A stretch of DNA of 64,000 nucleotides from Gemmatimonadales bacterium (GTDB taxonomy: Bacteria > Gemmatimonadota > Gemmatimonadetes > Gemmatimonadales > GWC2-71-9): contig DASYEH010000014.1 of assembly GCA_036499125.1 (NCBI GenBank), positions 53,156 through 117,155 of the forward strand, read 5' to 3'. This document shows, piece after piece, positions 16,589-24,272 of the stretch. The translations under genes were made by a program, and so were the position numbers. Position 1 is the first letter of the stretch; each line of letters starts with the position of its first letter. Below the pieces are notes generated by a model, which saw nothing but the letters and a program-made list of their open reading frames with translations, had not been told where the DNA came from and searched no databases.

Positions 16589-17056
16589 ATGTCACTTCGT
16601 CTTGCTGGCCTGGCCGCCGGCGTCGTTCTCCTCGCCGGCTGGACCGCCCAGAGCGCCGCCCGGTCGGTCAACTATGTCGCCCGGATGAACGGCGCCCAGG
16701 AAACCCCCGCAAACAACACCAAGGCGACCGGCTCGGCGACGCTGTCGCTTGACGGCACCAAGCTGCACTATTCGGTCGAAGTCCATGACCTGAGCGGGCC
16801 GGCTACTGCCGCGCACATTCACGTTGGCGCGACGGGCGTGGCGGGGCCGCCGGTCTTCACCTTCCCGATCAAGGCCGGTGTCGGGATGAGCGGAAATGTC
16901 TCCGAAGGGACGATCGACCTGACGAGGGACGCCAGCACCGGCGTGTCGGGCGACTCGCTCAAGATCCTGCTCAACAATGGCCACGCCTACATCAACGTCC
17001 ACACCAAGAACTTCCCGGGCGGCGAAATCCGCGGGCAGGTGATGATGAAGCAGTAG
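16589..17056 (+). CDS. CHRD domain-containing secreted protein
   Basis: Signal peptide MSLRLAGLAAGVVLLAGWTAQSAA. MNGAQETPANNTKATGSATL...AAHIHVGATGVAGPPVF...YINVHTKNFPGGEIRGQV is the CHRD signature. Confidence 0.8.
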   Translation: MSLRLAGLAAGVVLLAGWTAQSAARSVNYVARMNGAQETPANNTKATGSATLSLDGTKLHYSVEVHDLSGPATAAHIHVGATGVAGPPVFTFPIKAGVGMSGNVSEGTIDLTRDASTGVSGDSLKILLNNGHAYINVHTKNFPGGEIRGQVMMKQ

Positions 17057-17116
17057 GCGGGCAGGCCGTTTGTATACTGCCAGTACACAAATGTCAGTAA
17101 TTGGTCAGCCGGAAAA

Positions 17117-17141
17117 ACGGGGCGCCTCATTGACGCCCCGT
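17117..17141 (+). terminator. Hairpin downstream of the CHRD gene
   Basis: ACGGGGCG-cctcattga-CGCCCCGT, an 8-bp GC stem 60 nt after the stop. No U-tract, and it abuts the first 21-bp repeat. Confidence 0.45.
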
Positions 17142-17432
17142 GTCGCGGGCCGAACGAGGTGTGTCGCGAGCCGAACGAGGTGTGTCGCGAGGTGAACGAG
17201 GCGCGGTGCGAGCCGAACGCAGCGCGGTGCGAGACGAACGAGGCGCGGTGCGAGACGAACGAGTCGCGAATCGAGTTGAAAAATCCGGAAACGTGTTGAA
17301 CGGGGCGGGGCGCGAGGCGAACGAGGTGTAGCGCGACGTGAACGAGGCGTGGCGCGAGGTGAACGAGGCGTGGCGAGCTCCGAACCAGGTGTAGCGTGAG
17401 GTGAACGACGTGTAGCGCGAGGCGAACGCCGC
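17140..17432. repeat. Two blocks of six head-to-tail 21-bp repeats (consensus about GTGKCGCGAGNYGAACGAGGY)
   Basis: Block 1 at 17140-17265 and block 2 at 17307-17432, each 6 x 21 bp with exact phase, counted base by base. The blocks are separated by the 42-bp AT-core motif. Confidence 0.9.
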
Positions 17433-17626
17433 CGGGATCGAGTTGAAAAATCGGGAAACGAGTTTAAAAGAGCGGGGCGCGACGTGAACGGGCCGAGGCG
17501 CGAGCCTGGCGTCGCCGGGTGCGACGTCAGCGCCGCCGGGCGACTCCCGGTGTCCACTCATCCTGACACAAATTTTCCGGGGAACGAGTTGAAAAATCCG
17601 GAAACGAGTTCAACAGGGCGGGGCGC
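17272..17626. repeat. Dispersed 42-bp motif x3 (CGAGTTGAAAAATCCGGAAACGAGTTCAACAGGGCGGGGCGC)
   Basis: Copies at 17272-17313, 17439-17480 and 17585-17626. The AT-rich core is embedded in GC-rich DNA. Copy 3 carries the inverted repeat GTTGAA...TTCAAC. Confidence 0.85.
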
Positions 17627-17645
17627 AAGTTCAATCGATGCGGGC

Positions 17646-17905
17646 AGTTCGTCCAGTGTCCAGCAGGTCCCTCGCTTCGCTCGGGACGAGGGGTGGGGTC
17701 AGTTCGTCCAGTGTCCAGCGTCCAGCGTCCAGTGTCCGGTGTCCAGCAGGTCCCTCGCTTCGCTCGGGACGAGGGGTGGGGTCGGTTCGTCCAGTGACCA
17801 GCGTCCAGCGTGCGGTGTCTAGCAGGTCCCTCGCTTCGCTCGGGACGAGGGGTGGGGTCGGTTCGTCCAGTGTCCAATGTCCAGTGTCCAACGTCCAACG
17901 CCCCA
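17646..17905. repeat. 3.5 tandem composite units: GTTCGTCCAGTGTCCAGC + (GTCCAGY)n + hairpin AGGTCCCTCGCTTCGCTCGGGACGAGGGGTGGGGTC
   Basis: Units at 17646-17700 (55 bp), 17701-17783 (83 bp) and 17784-17859 (76 bp), plus a partial unit at 17860-17905. Length differences are 28 and 21 bp, i.e. whole heptamers. Each unit contains the stem CCCTCG/CGAGGG. Confidence 0.9.
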
Positions 17906-17912
17906 CGCCCCA

Positions 17913-18836
17913 TCAGCCTCCCCCCGCACGCCTCGGACTCGGCAGCGTGACGGTGTCCGGTCCGCTCCGCAGCAGCCTCAGCCGTCCATGCGCCTGATCG
18001 AGCGACACGACGAAGTTGTCGAGCACCTGGGTGCCGATGTTGGGCTGGTTGGGATAGTCGGGTGGTAACGGCGTGACCGTCAGGAATGGCGTGGGGATGG
18101 TGTACTTGCCGATCACGACATTGCCGCTGAGCTGTCCACCCTGCACATCAATGGTGCCAAACGCCCCGCGCGCCTTGCCGACCGCCCGCAGTCCGCCGTC
18201 AAAGGTCAGTTGGCCCGCCACCGACACGGGAATCCCGATCGAGCCGGAGTTCTGTGTGTCGAGCACACCCACAAAGGCCTTGCCACCGATGTTGATCGGG
18301 ATCCCCCAGAAATCTGCGACCCGACTGAGCGCGAGAATGTCGCGTCCGTTTGCCGCTGGCAACGTGTCGCGCTCCAGGCGGACCTTGTGTCCCGGGTAAT
18401 CCACCGTCAACAGGAGGCCCTGATAGAACGGCAACCCGAGAACACCGTCGATCCCGGGAAAATCAAATGGCAACGCCTCGGCGGGCATGTCATGAAAGGC
18501 GCCGCCGCCGAGCGTGATGGAATCGATGTGGAACTCGCGATCAGTGTCCGGTCCGCCGATTCGGGGGAGCCGCAGCGAATCGGCGAGGCGGCCCGCGATG
18601 CCAATCACCCGCGCGCCGGTCTCGACCAGGAAGTGATACGGCCCGTGGCCGTTGACCATCACGTCGACCATTGCAGTGGCGTTGCGACCGGGTTGCCCGA
18701 CCAGCGGCACCTCGATCACACTCGGCATGACAATCCGACGCGGAGGCGACGAATCGGGTACGTACCGCGGTGCGGTTTGCGCACCCAGGGCAACAGCGGT
18801 GGTGCAGCATGTGAATGCCAACAGAAGAGTGCGCAT
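17913..18836 (-). CDS. Secreted tandem retropepsin-like (clan AA aspartic-protease-fold) protein
   Basis: Start at 18836 gives the signal peptide MRTLLLAFTCCTTAVALGAQ. Lobe 1: MVNGHGPYHFLVETGARV...IDGVLGLPFYQGLLLTVDY. Lobe 2: INIGGKAFVGVLDTQNSGSI...IGTQVLDNFVVSLDQ. Confidence 0.6.
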   Translation of the reverse strand: MRTLLLAFTCCTTAVALGAQTAPRYVPDSSPPRRIVMPSVIEVPLVGQPGRNATAMVDVMVNGHGPYHFLVETGARVIGIAGRLADSLRLPRIGGPDTDREFHIDSITLGGGAFHDMPAEALPFDFPGIDGVLGLPFYQGLLLTVDYPGHKVRLERDTLPAANGRDILALSRVADFWGIPINIGGKAFVGVLDTQNSGSIGIPVSVAGQLTFDGGLRAVGKARGAFGTIDVQGGQLSGNVVIGKYTIPTPFLTVTPLPPDYPNQPNIGTQVLDNFVVSLDQAHGRLRLLRSGPDTVTLPSPRRAGGG

Positions 18837-18838
18837 CG

Positions 18839-20413
18839 CTAGAACCGATCGGCGCGCGCCGTGCGCCACGCCTGGCCCAGCGAGCCGCCCACCGAATCGG
18901 TCAGCAGCGCTCCGGGCTCTGTCTCTGGATAGATCTCGTGGTAGCTCCGGACCTCGCCTGAACCAACTCGCTTCATCACATACCACGGCTTGAGTTCGCT
19001 GGTCGTCGACAGCCCTGCCGCTCCAAGGACCTCGAGATAACTCTTCACCGTCTCGCGGTGGAAGCGCATCACGCGCACCGATTTGTCGGTGACATCAAGT
19101 CCGCGCACCAGTTCGGGATCCTGCGTGGCAACGCCGGTGGGGCAGCGATTGGTGTTGCAGCGCAGCGCCTGGATGCAGCCGATGGCAAACATCATCGCTC
19201 GCGCGGCGTTGCACATGTCGGCGCCAAGCGCCACCTTGGTCGCGATCTGGAAGCCGGTGTTGACCTTGCCTGACGCGATGATGCGGATCCGGTCGCGAAG
19301 CCCCGCGCCAACCAGCGCGTAGTGGATAAACGACAACCCTTCATTGAGGGGTGTGCCAACCGAATCGGAAAACTCCATTGGCGCGGCCCCGGTGCCACCT
19401 TCGCCACCATCAACCGTGATGAAATCGGGCATGATTCCGGTTTCGAGCATCGCCTTGACGATCCCCAGGAACTCATGCCGCTTGCCGACGCAGAGCTTGA
19501 AGCCGACCGGCTTGCCGCCCGAGGCTCGACGCAAGTCGGCGACGAATTGGATCAGGCCCAATGGTGTGCTGAACGCCGAGTGGGCTGGCGGCGAGATCAC
19601 GTCGACGCCAGGTGTCACACCGCGAATGGCGACGATCTCCGGCGTCAGCTTGGCTGCGGGGAGGATGCCGCCATGCCCCGGCTTGGCGCCCTGCGACAGC
19701 TTGATCTCGACCATGCGCACGTTGGGCAGCACGGCGCGCTTGGTGAACTCATCGAGAGAAAAGTGCCCGTCAGGCGTGCGGCAACTGAAGTAGCCGGTGC
19801 CGATCTGCCAGATGATGTCGCCGCCGGGCTCGAGATGATACGGCGAGAGGCCGCCTTCACCGGTGTTGTGTGCGAAGCCGCCAAGCTGCGCGCCGCGATT
19901 GAGGGCGAGCACGGCGTTCTTGCTGAGCGAACCGTAGCTCATCGCCGACACGTTGAACACCGACGCCGAGTACGGTTGGGTGCAATCCTTGCCACCGACC
20001 ATCACGCGCGAGTTACCCGGGTCGGGGTGCACCGGCGCGAGAGAGTGGTTGATCCACTCGTACCCGGTGGCGTAGACATCGCGCTGGGTGCCGAAGGGGA
20101 GGGTGTCGAGTTCACCCTTGGCGCGCTGGTAGACGACTGAGCGATCGTTGCGCGAGAACGGCTTGCCGTCGCTGTTCGATTCAACAAAGTACTGATTGAT
20201 CTCGGGGCGAATGCTCTCGAACAGGTAGCGCGCGTGGCCAACCACCGGAAAGTTGCGGCGCACCGCCTGGCGGCGCTGCAGCATGTCGACTACGCCGAGA
20301 ATGATCACCGGCCCGACCACCACCAGTGCCCAGAAGGCGTTGGGCCAGAACCAGCCGGCGGCGGCGATCAGGCCGAGGGCAAAGGCGGACACGATCAGAA
20401 AGACATTGCGCAT
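18839..20413 (-). CDS. FMN-binding glutamate synthase family protein (GltB domain-2-like), N-terminal TM segments
   Basis: RRNFPVVGHARYLFESIRPEINQYF, LSQGAKPGHGGILP, VDGGEGGTGAAP. Ends 2 nt before the start of the retropepsin-like gene. Confidence 0.85.
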   Translation of the reverse strand: MRNVFLIVSAFALGLIAAAGWFWPNAFWALVVVGPVIILGVVDMLQRRQAVRRNFPVVGHARYLFESIRPEINQYFVESNSDGKPFSRNDRSVVYQRAKGELDTLPFGTQRDVYATGYEWINHSLAPVHPDPGNSRVMVGGKDCTQPYSASVFNVSAMSYGSLSKNAVLALNRGAQLGGFAHNTGEGGLSPYHLEPGGDIIWQIGTGYFSCRTPDGHFSLDEFTKRAVLPNVRMVEIKLSQGAKPGHGGILPAAKLTPEIVAIRGVTPGVDVISPPAHSAFSTPLGLIQFVADLRRASGGKPVGFKLCVGKRHEFLGIVKAMLETGIMPDFITVDGGEGGTGAAPMEFSDSVGTPLNEGLSFIHYALVGAGLRDRIRIIASGKVNTGFQIATKVALGADMCNAARAMMFAIGCIQALRCNTNRCPTGVATQDPELVRGLDVTDKSVRVMRFHRETVKSYLEVLGAAGLSTTSELKPWYVMKRVGSGEVRSYHEIYPETEPGALLTDSVGGSLGQAWRTARADRF

Positions 20414-20461
20414 TCAGGAATGCTCCGGCCGGTGGTTGGCGATCGGTTGGGGGCCCGACTG

Positions 20462-21208
20462 CTAGCGTGGTTCGATGATCTTCTGCAGCGTGAGCGTATA
20501 GCCGCCCGACTTGACCTTGGCCGGCAGGCGGCGCCCGTCGTCCGTGAGCCAGATCAGGGCCTCATTGTCCTTCATGAAAAGGCCGTGCGGCGGATCCTCA
20601 ACGACCGGGTGCAGCACGAGGCACTGGGCGCGAACGTTATCTGGCAGGTCACACAGCTCATGCCGCAGAACGGTGACGGTGACCGGATTGCGATCCGCCT
20701 TGAAGTAGTTGGTGTACTGATAGGTCTTGCCGACTTCGAGCGGGACCGAAGGCAGCCGCAGGAAGTAGAAGAAGGCCACGTCGTCAATTGGCTTCTCCGG
20801 AGTCCGCTGCGTCTGGTTGTCGCGCATGTTCCGGTAGAACCCCGAGTCGGGATAGATACGGAAGTCGTCGTGTCGCGACCAGCCGGTCTGGTCGGCGTTG
20901 TGCACATACCGGTGCGAGACGAAGTCGCTCACCCGCGTCCAGGAGGTCTGGGTGCTGTGGTCGTGGTAGAGCGGCACGGAGATCGTCGTGTTGAGCGTAA
21001 AGCGCCAATAGGGGGTACCGTCGATCGTGTCGATCGCGGCCACCGTGAACGTGAACGCGTGGTTCGCACGGATCGATATGAGGAGCCGCTTGGATCCGCT
21101 GAACTCCAGCGTTTCGCCGACGGCAAACGGTGGGTGCAACTGGGGCGCCGGGAGGTGACTTGCGCTGAGTGCGAGAGCGGCAATGACCTGCGGAACCAGA
21201 GAGACCAT
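20462..21208 (-). CDS. Secreted protein, DUF3108-like
   Basis: Signal-like N-terminus. FAVGETLEFSG... and the C-terminal ALIWLTDDGRRLPAKVKSGGYTLTLQKI resemble the DUF3108 pattern. By-eye call only. Confidence 0.45.
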   Translation of the reverse strand: MVSLVPQVIAALALSASHLPAPQLHPPFAVGETLEFSGSKRLLISIRANHAFTFTVAAIDTIDGTPYWRFTLNTTISVPLYHDHSTQTSWTRVSDFVSHRYVHNADQTGWSRHDDFRIYPDSGFYRNMRDNQTQRTPEKPIDDVAFFYFLRLPSVPLEVGKTYQYTNYFKADRNPVTVTVLRHELCDLPDNVRAQCLVLHPVVEDPPHGLFMKDNEALIWLTDDGRRLPAKVKSGGYTLTLQKIIEPR

Positions 21209-21257
21209 CCTTGAAGTGTAGTCGAATCCGCCGGGGTACCGGCTCGCGGTTCTGCCG

Positions 21258-24200
21258 TCAGCTGCGCCGGCGGAGCCCCATCAGCATCGGCGGCAGGATG
21301 AACATGACGCCGAGGGTGCCGGCAATGGTCCCGCCGGCGGTCGCCAGGGCGATGGCGCCGAACATGGTATCCGAGCCAGTGCCCGCGGCCATTGGCGTCA
21401 GCGACGCGAGCGTCGTCAGCGTGACCAGCACGATCATTGTCACCCGGTCGGTGGCTGAGTCACGCGCATCGTCGAGTGACAGATGATTGTCATGGGCTCG
21501 GCGTCGCTGCAGCGCCGCGTCGATCAGCAGGATGGCGTGGTTCACGGCCAGGCCGACCACCAGGATGACGCCGACCGCTGCCTCGCGGGTGAACGCGGTC
21601 TTGGTGATCCAGAACGCGGCCACGACCCCGCCCATCGCCATCGGCAGCGAGACGAAGACCATCGCGGCGGCCCAGACCGAATCGAATACCAGCGCCACGG
21701 CGAGGAGCACGAGCACGGTCCCGAGCAGGAAGACCTGCACCAGGCCCTTGCTCGAGTCGTCGTTGTTGTAGTTGTACTGGTCGTCGGCGACGGTGTACCC
21801 GGCGGGCGTCGTGATCGACGTCATGAACGCCTTGTGGGTCCGTGTTGCCATCTTGTCGGGGCCGCGAAAGTCGTAACTGAGGATCCGGATGTACTGCTGA
21901 TTTTCGCGCTCGATCGATGACAGTCCCTGGACCTCGCCGACCTGGCTGACGTCGCCGATCCGGGCCGGGACGCCGAGCGAGTTGGCGACCGCCCCTTCAT
22001 CCAGCTGGGCAATGTCCCGCTCCTGCGCGCCGGCAGCACGCAACGTCACGTTGAGCTGTTGATTGTCGATGTCGAGCTGCGCGGTGGACCCGCCGCCGCT
22101 GATCTGGTGTTGCACGCTCTGGGAATACTGCGCGGCCGAGGCACCAATGCGGGCGAGCGCGAGGCGGTCGGGGATGAGCGACACGCTCACGGCCGAGCCG
22201 CCGCCGCGGTACCCCGATCCTGCGTTGATGTTGACGTCGCGCACCCGCGGAATCTGTTCGAGCCGGCGCTTCAGGTCGAGCGCCAGTTGCAGCACGCCGC
22301 TGTAGGAATAGCCAGTAATCTTGATCGAGCGCGACCCGCCGCCGCCGCCCCCTGAGCCGTTGGAAAAGCCATTCCCCTGCGGTCGCGTCACGTAGATGTT
22401 GTCGACGCCGCCGATCAGTACGGCACGCTCGGTCAGCTTGTCGGATATGACCCATGGCGCATCACTCACCGATCCGGCTGCCGTGAAGTCGACCTGCACA
22501 TTACCGCTGAGCGTGTTGCCCTGCGACCGCACCAGCGCCACGCCCGGTTGTCCCACCGCAGCGGATTCCAGTTCGGAAATCATCTGGTTGACGGTCTCCG
22601 GATCGGAGCCGCGCGGAAAGGAAACGCTCGCAGTGACGGTCTGGCGGGTTTCGCCAAAGCCGCGTCCCCAGTCGACCTTCGGCACCTTGACGATGAAGCC
22701 CCAGGTGAGCACGGCCAGCACGGCCACCGTGCAGAGGATCGCCGTGCGGCGCCACCGCAGCGTCCCGCCAACCATCCGCGCATACAGCCGCGCCAGTCTC
22801 GGCCATCCCTTGACCTGTCCGTCGTAACCACGGCCCACCGCGGGCACGAAGACCAGTGCGGTGCCGACCGACCAGAAGAGCGCCAACGCAAACGCCGCGG
22901 CAAACGGGGCGAAGAGTGCCCGCGCGTTGCCTTGCAGGTAGAGGAAGGGGAGCAGGACCACGGTGGTCGTCAACGTCGAGCCAAGCACCGCTGGCGCGAT
23001 CCGGCGCGCGGCGTCGGCGCGTGAGGTTGCGGTGTTGGCTGCTGCGCGCAGCCGCTCGACCACCACCAATCCGTTCTGCACCAGGATACCGACACCCATG
23101 CCGAGCCCGGCGAGGGTAAGCAGGTTGGCGGGAATGTGCAGCAGGTAGAGCGACAAGGCGGCGCCGGCAATCGCGATGCCGGCGCTACCAATCACCAGTG
23201 CGGCGCCGGAACGGCTTCGCAGCGTGATCAACAGCACCAGGAAGACGGCGACGAACGCGATCCCGCCGCGAATGAACAGGTCCCGAAGCTGACCGGCGAG
23301 GTCTTCGCTCTGGTCGCTGCTGATCTGGAGCTGCACGCCTGGCGGCAGGGTCGGTTGCAGCTGCCTCACCATTGCTCGGCCCAGTGCGGCGGTCTTGATG
23401 GCATCAGCCGCCGCCTGCCGGTAGAGCGAGATCGACACCGCGGTCTGGCCGTTGAGTCGATAGAATCGCCCGCGGGCATCCTCCTCGGGCACGATTGTGG
23501 CAACGTCGTGCAGGGCGAAGACCTGCTTGTTGCTTGCCGTGACCGGGAGCGCACCGAGTTGCTCGATGCTGGTTGGTGCATCGTCGATGGTGACGGGCAG
23601 CGCTCGCAGGTTGTCGCGCATCAGGCCGAGGGATCGGTGTTGCGTGGCGTCGTTGAGCGCGACGGTCAGCGCACTGGGGTCGATCCCCAGCTGGCGCAGC
23701 AGGGAGGGGTCGTAGATGACGGCCAGCCCATTGATGGCGCCGCCGTTGAGGGAGACCGATGAAATGCCCGGCAGGTTGGTCAGCGCCGGCATCACCGTTT
23801 CGCGAACCATCTGCGCCAGGGTGCCCGGGGTGTAGGGGCCGACGACATTGATTTCCAGCAGCGGCTGGGTGGCGAGGTCCGGCGGTATGTAGTTGGTGAC
23901 CGTGATCATGGCACCTGGCGGCAGCAGGCTCTTGATCGCCTCCTTGCGTTCCAGCACGGCGAGGCGAGCCAGGGTGACGTCAGTTTTCGGATCGAGGTTG
24001 ATGGTGATGGTGCCGGCGCCCTGACTGGCGGTCGAGCTGGTGCCGCGCACGCCACGCACGCCCTGGATCTCGCCTTCGAGCGGCGAGATGATATACGTCT
24101 CCATCAGCTCTGGTGCGGCGTCACCCCAGGTGGCCTGCACGGAGAGGGTCGGGAACTCCACCGTGCTGCGGGTGGCCAGCGGCAGCCGGGAGAAGGCCAC

Positions 24201-24272
24201 GGCGCCGGAGATCACGATGCCACCCGCCAGCGCCCAGATAACCGCCGGCCGGTGTGCGCCCCAGCGGATCAT
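21258..24272 (-). CDS. RND efflux transporter permease (AcrB/MdtC-like), second of two
   Basis: 1004 aa. Typical N-terminus (AFSRLPLATRSTVEFPTLSVQATW) and 12-TM architecture. ATGA overlap with the upstream RND gene. Confidence 0.9.
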   Translation of the reverse strand: MIRWGAHRPAVIWALAGGIVISGAVAFSRLPLATRSTVEFPTLSVQATWGDAAPELMETYIISPLEGEIQGVRGVRGTSSTASQGAGTITINLDPKTDVTLARLAVLERKEAIKSLLPPGAMITVTNYIPPDLATQPLLEINVVGPYTPGTLAQMVRETVMPALTNLPGISSVSLNGGAINGLAVIYDPSLLRQLGIDPSALTVALNDATQHRSLGLMRDNLRALPVTIDDAPTSIEQLGALPVTASNKQVFALHDVATIVPEEDARGRFYRLNGQTAVSISLYRQAAADAIKTAALGRAMVRQLQPTLPPGVQLQISSDQSEDLAGQLRDLFIRGGIAFVAVFLVLLITLRSRSGAALVIGSAGIAIAGAALSLYLLHIPANLLTLAGLGMGVGILVQNGLVVVERLRAAANTATSRADAARRIAPAVLGSTLTTTVVLLPFLYLQGNARALFAPFAAAFALALFWSVGTALVFVPAVGRGYDGQVKGWPRLARLYARMVGGTLRWRRTAILCTVAVLAVLTWGFIVKVPKVDWGRGFGETRQTVTASVSFPRGSDPETVNQMISELESAAVGQPGVALVRSQGNTLSGNVQVDFTAAGSVSDAPWVISDKLTERAVLIGGVDNIYVTRPQGNGFSNGSGGGGGGSRSIKITGYSYSGVLQLALDLKRRLEQIPRVRDVNINAGSGYRGGGSAVSVSLIPDRLALARIGASAAQYSQSVQHQISGGGSTAQLDIDNQQLNVTLRAAGAQERDIAQLDEGAVANSLGVPARIGDVSQVGEVQGLSSIERENQQYIRILSYDFRGPDKMATRTHKAFMTSITTPAGYTVADDQYNYNNDDSSKGLVQVFLLGTVLVLLAVALVFDSVWAAAMVFVSLPMAMGGVVAAFWITKTAFTREAAVGVILVVGLAVNHAILLIDAALQRRRAHDNHLSLDDARDSATDRVTMIVLVTLTTLASLTPMAAGTGSDTMFGAIALATAGGTIAGTLGVMFILPPMLMGLRRRS

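Noticed and set aside
17071-17089. Near-palindrome TGTATACTG-C-CAGTACACA downstream of the CHRD gene, considered as a possible SOS/LexA-type operator.
   Set aside because: It has one mismatch, does not match the CTGT-N8-ACAG or CGAAC-N4-GTTCG consensus, and lies downstream of a gene rather than in a promoter. Evidence is insufficient.
17140-17905. Possible CRISPR array.
   Set aside because: The repeats are contiguous (head-to-tail 21-mers and heptamers) with no unique spacers of 25-40 bp. The repeat units are degenerate, and no cas genes are nearby.
17105-17913. ORFs 17105-17557, 17127-17561, 17140-17331, 17527-17913, 17631-17906 and 17638-17997, which would encode 7-aa-periodic proteins (for example RLAPRLV or VSRAERG repeats).
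   Set aside because: All six frames are open simply because the 21-bp and 7-bp repeats contain no stop codons. None has an SD or a plausible start context, and the frames are mutually overlapping. A coding role cannot be fully excluded without conservation or proteomic data.
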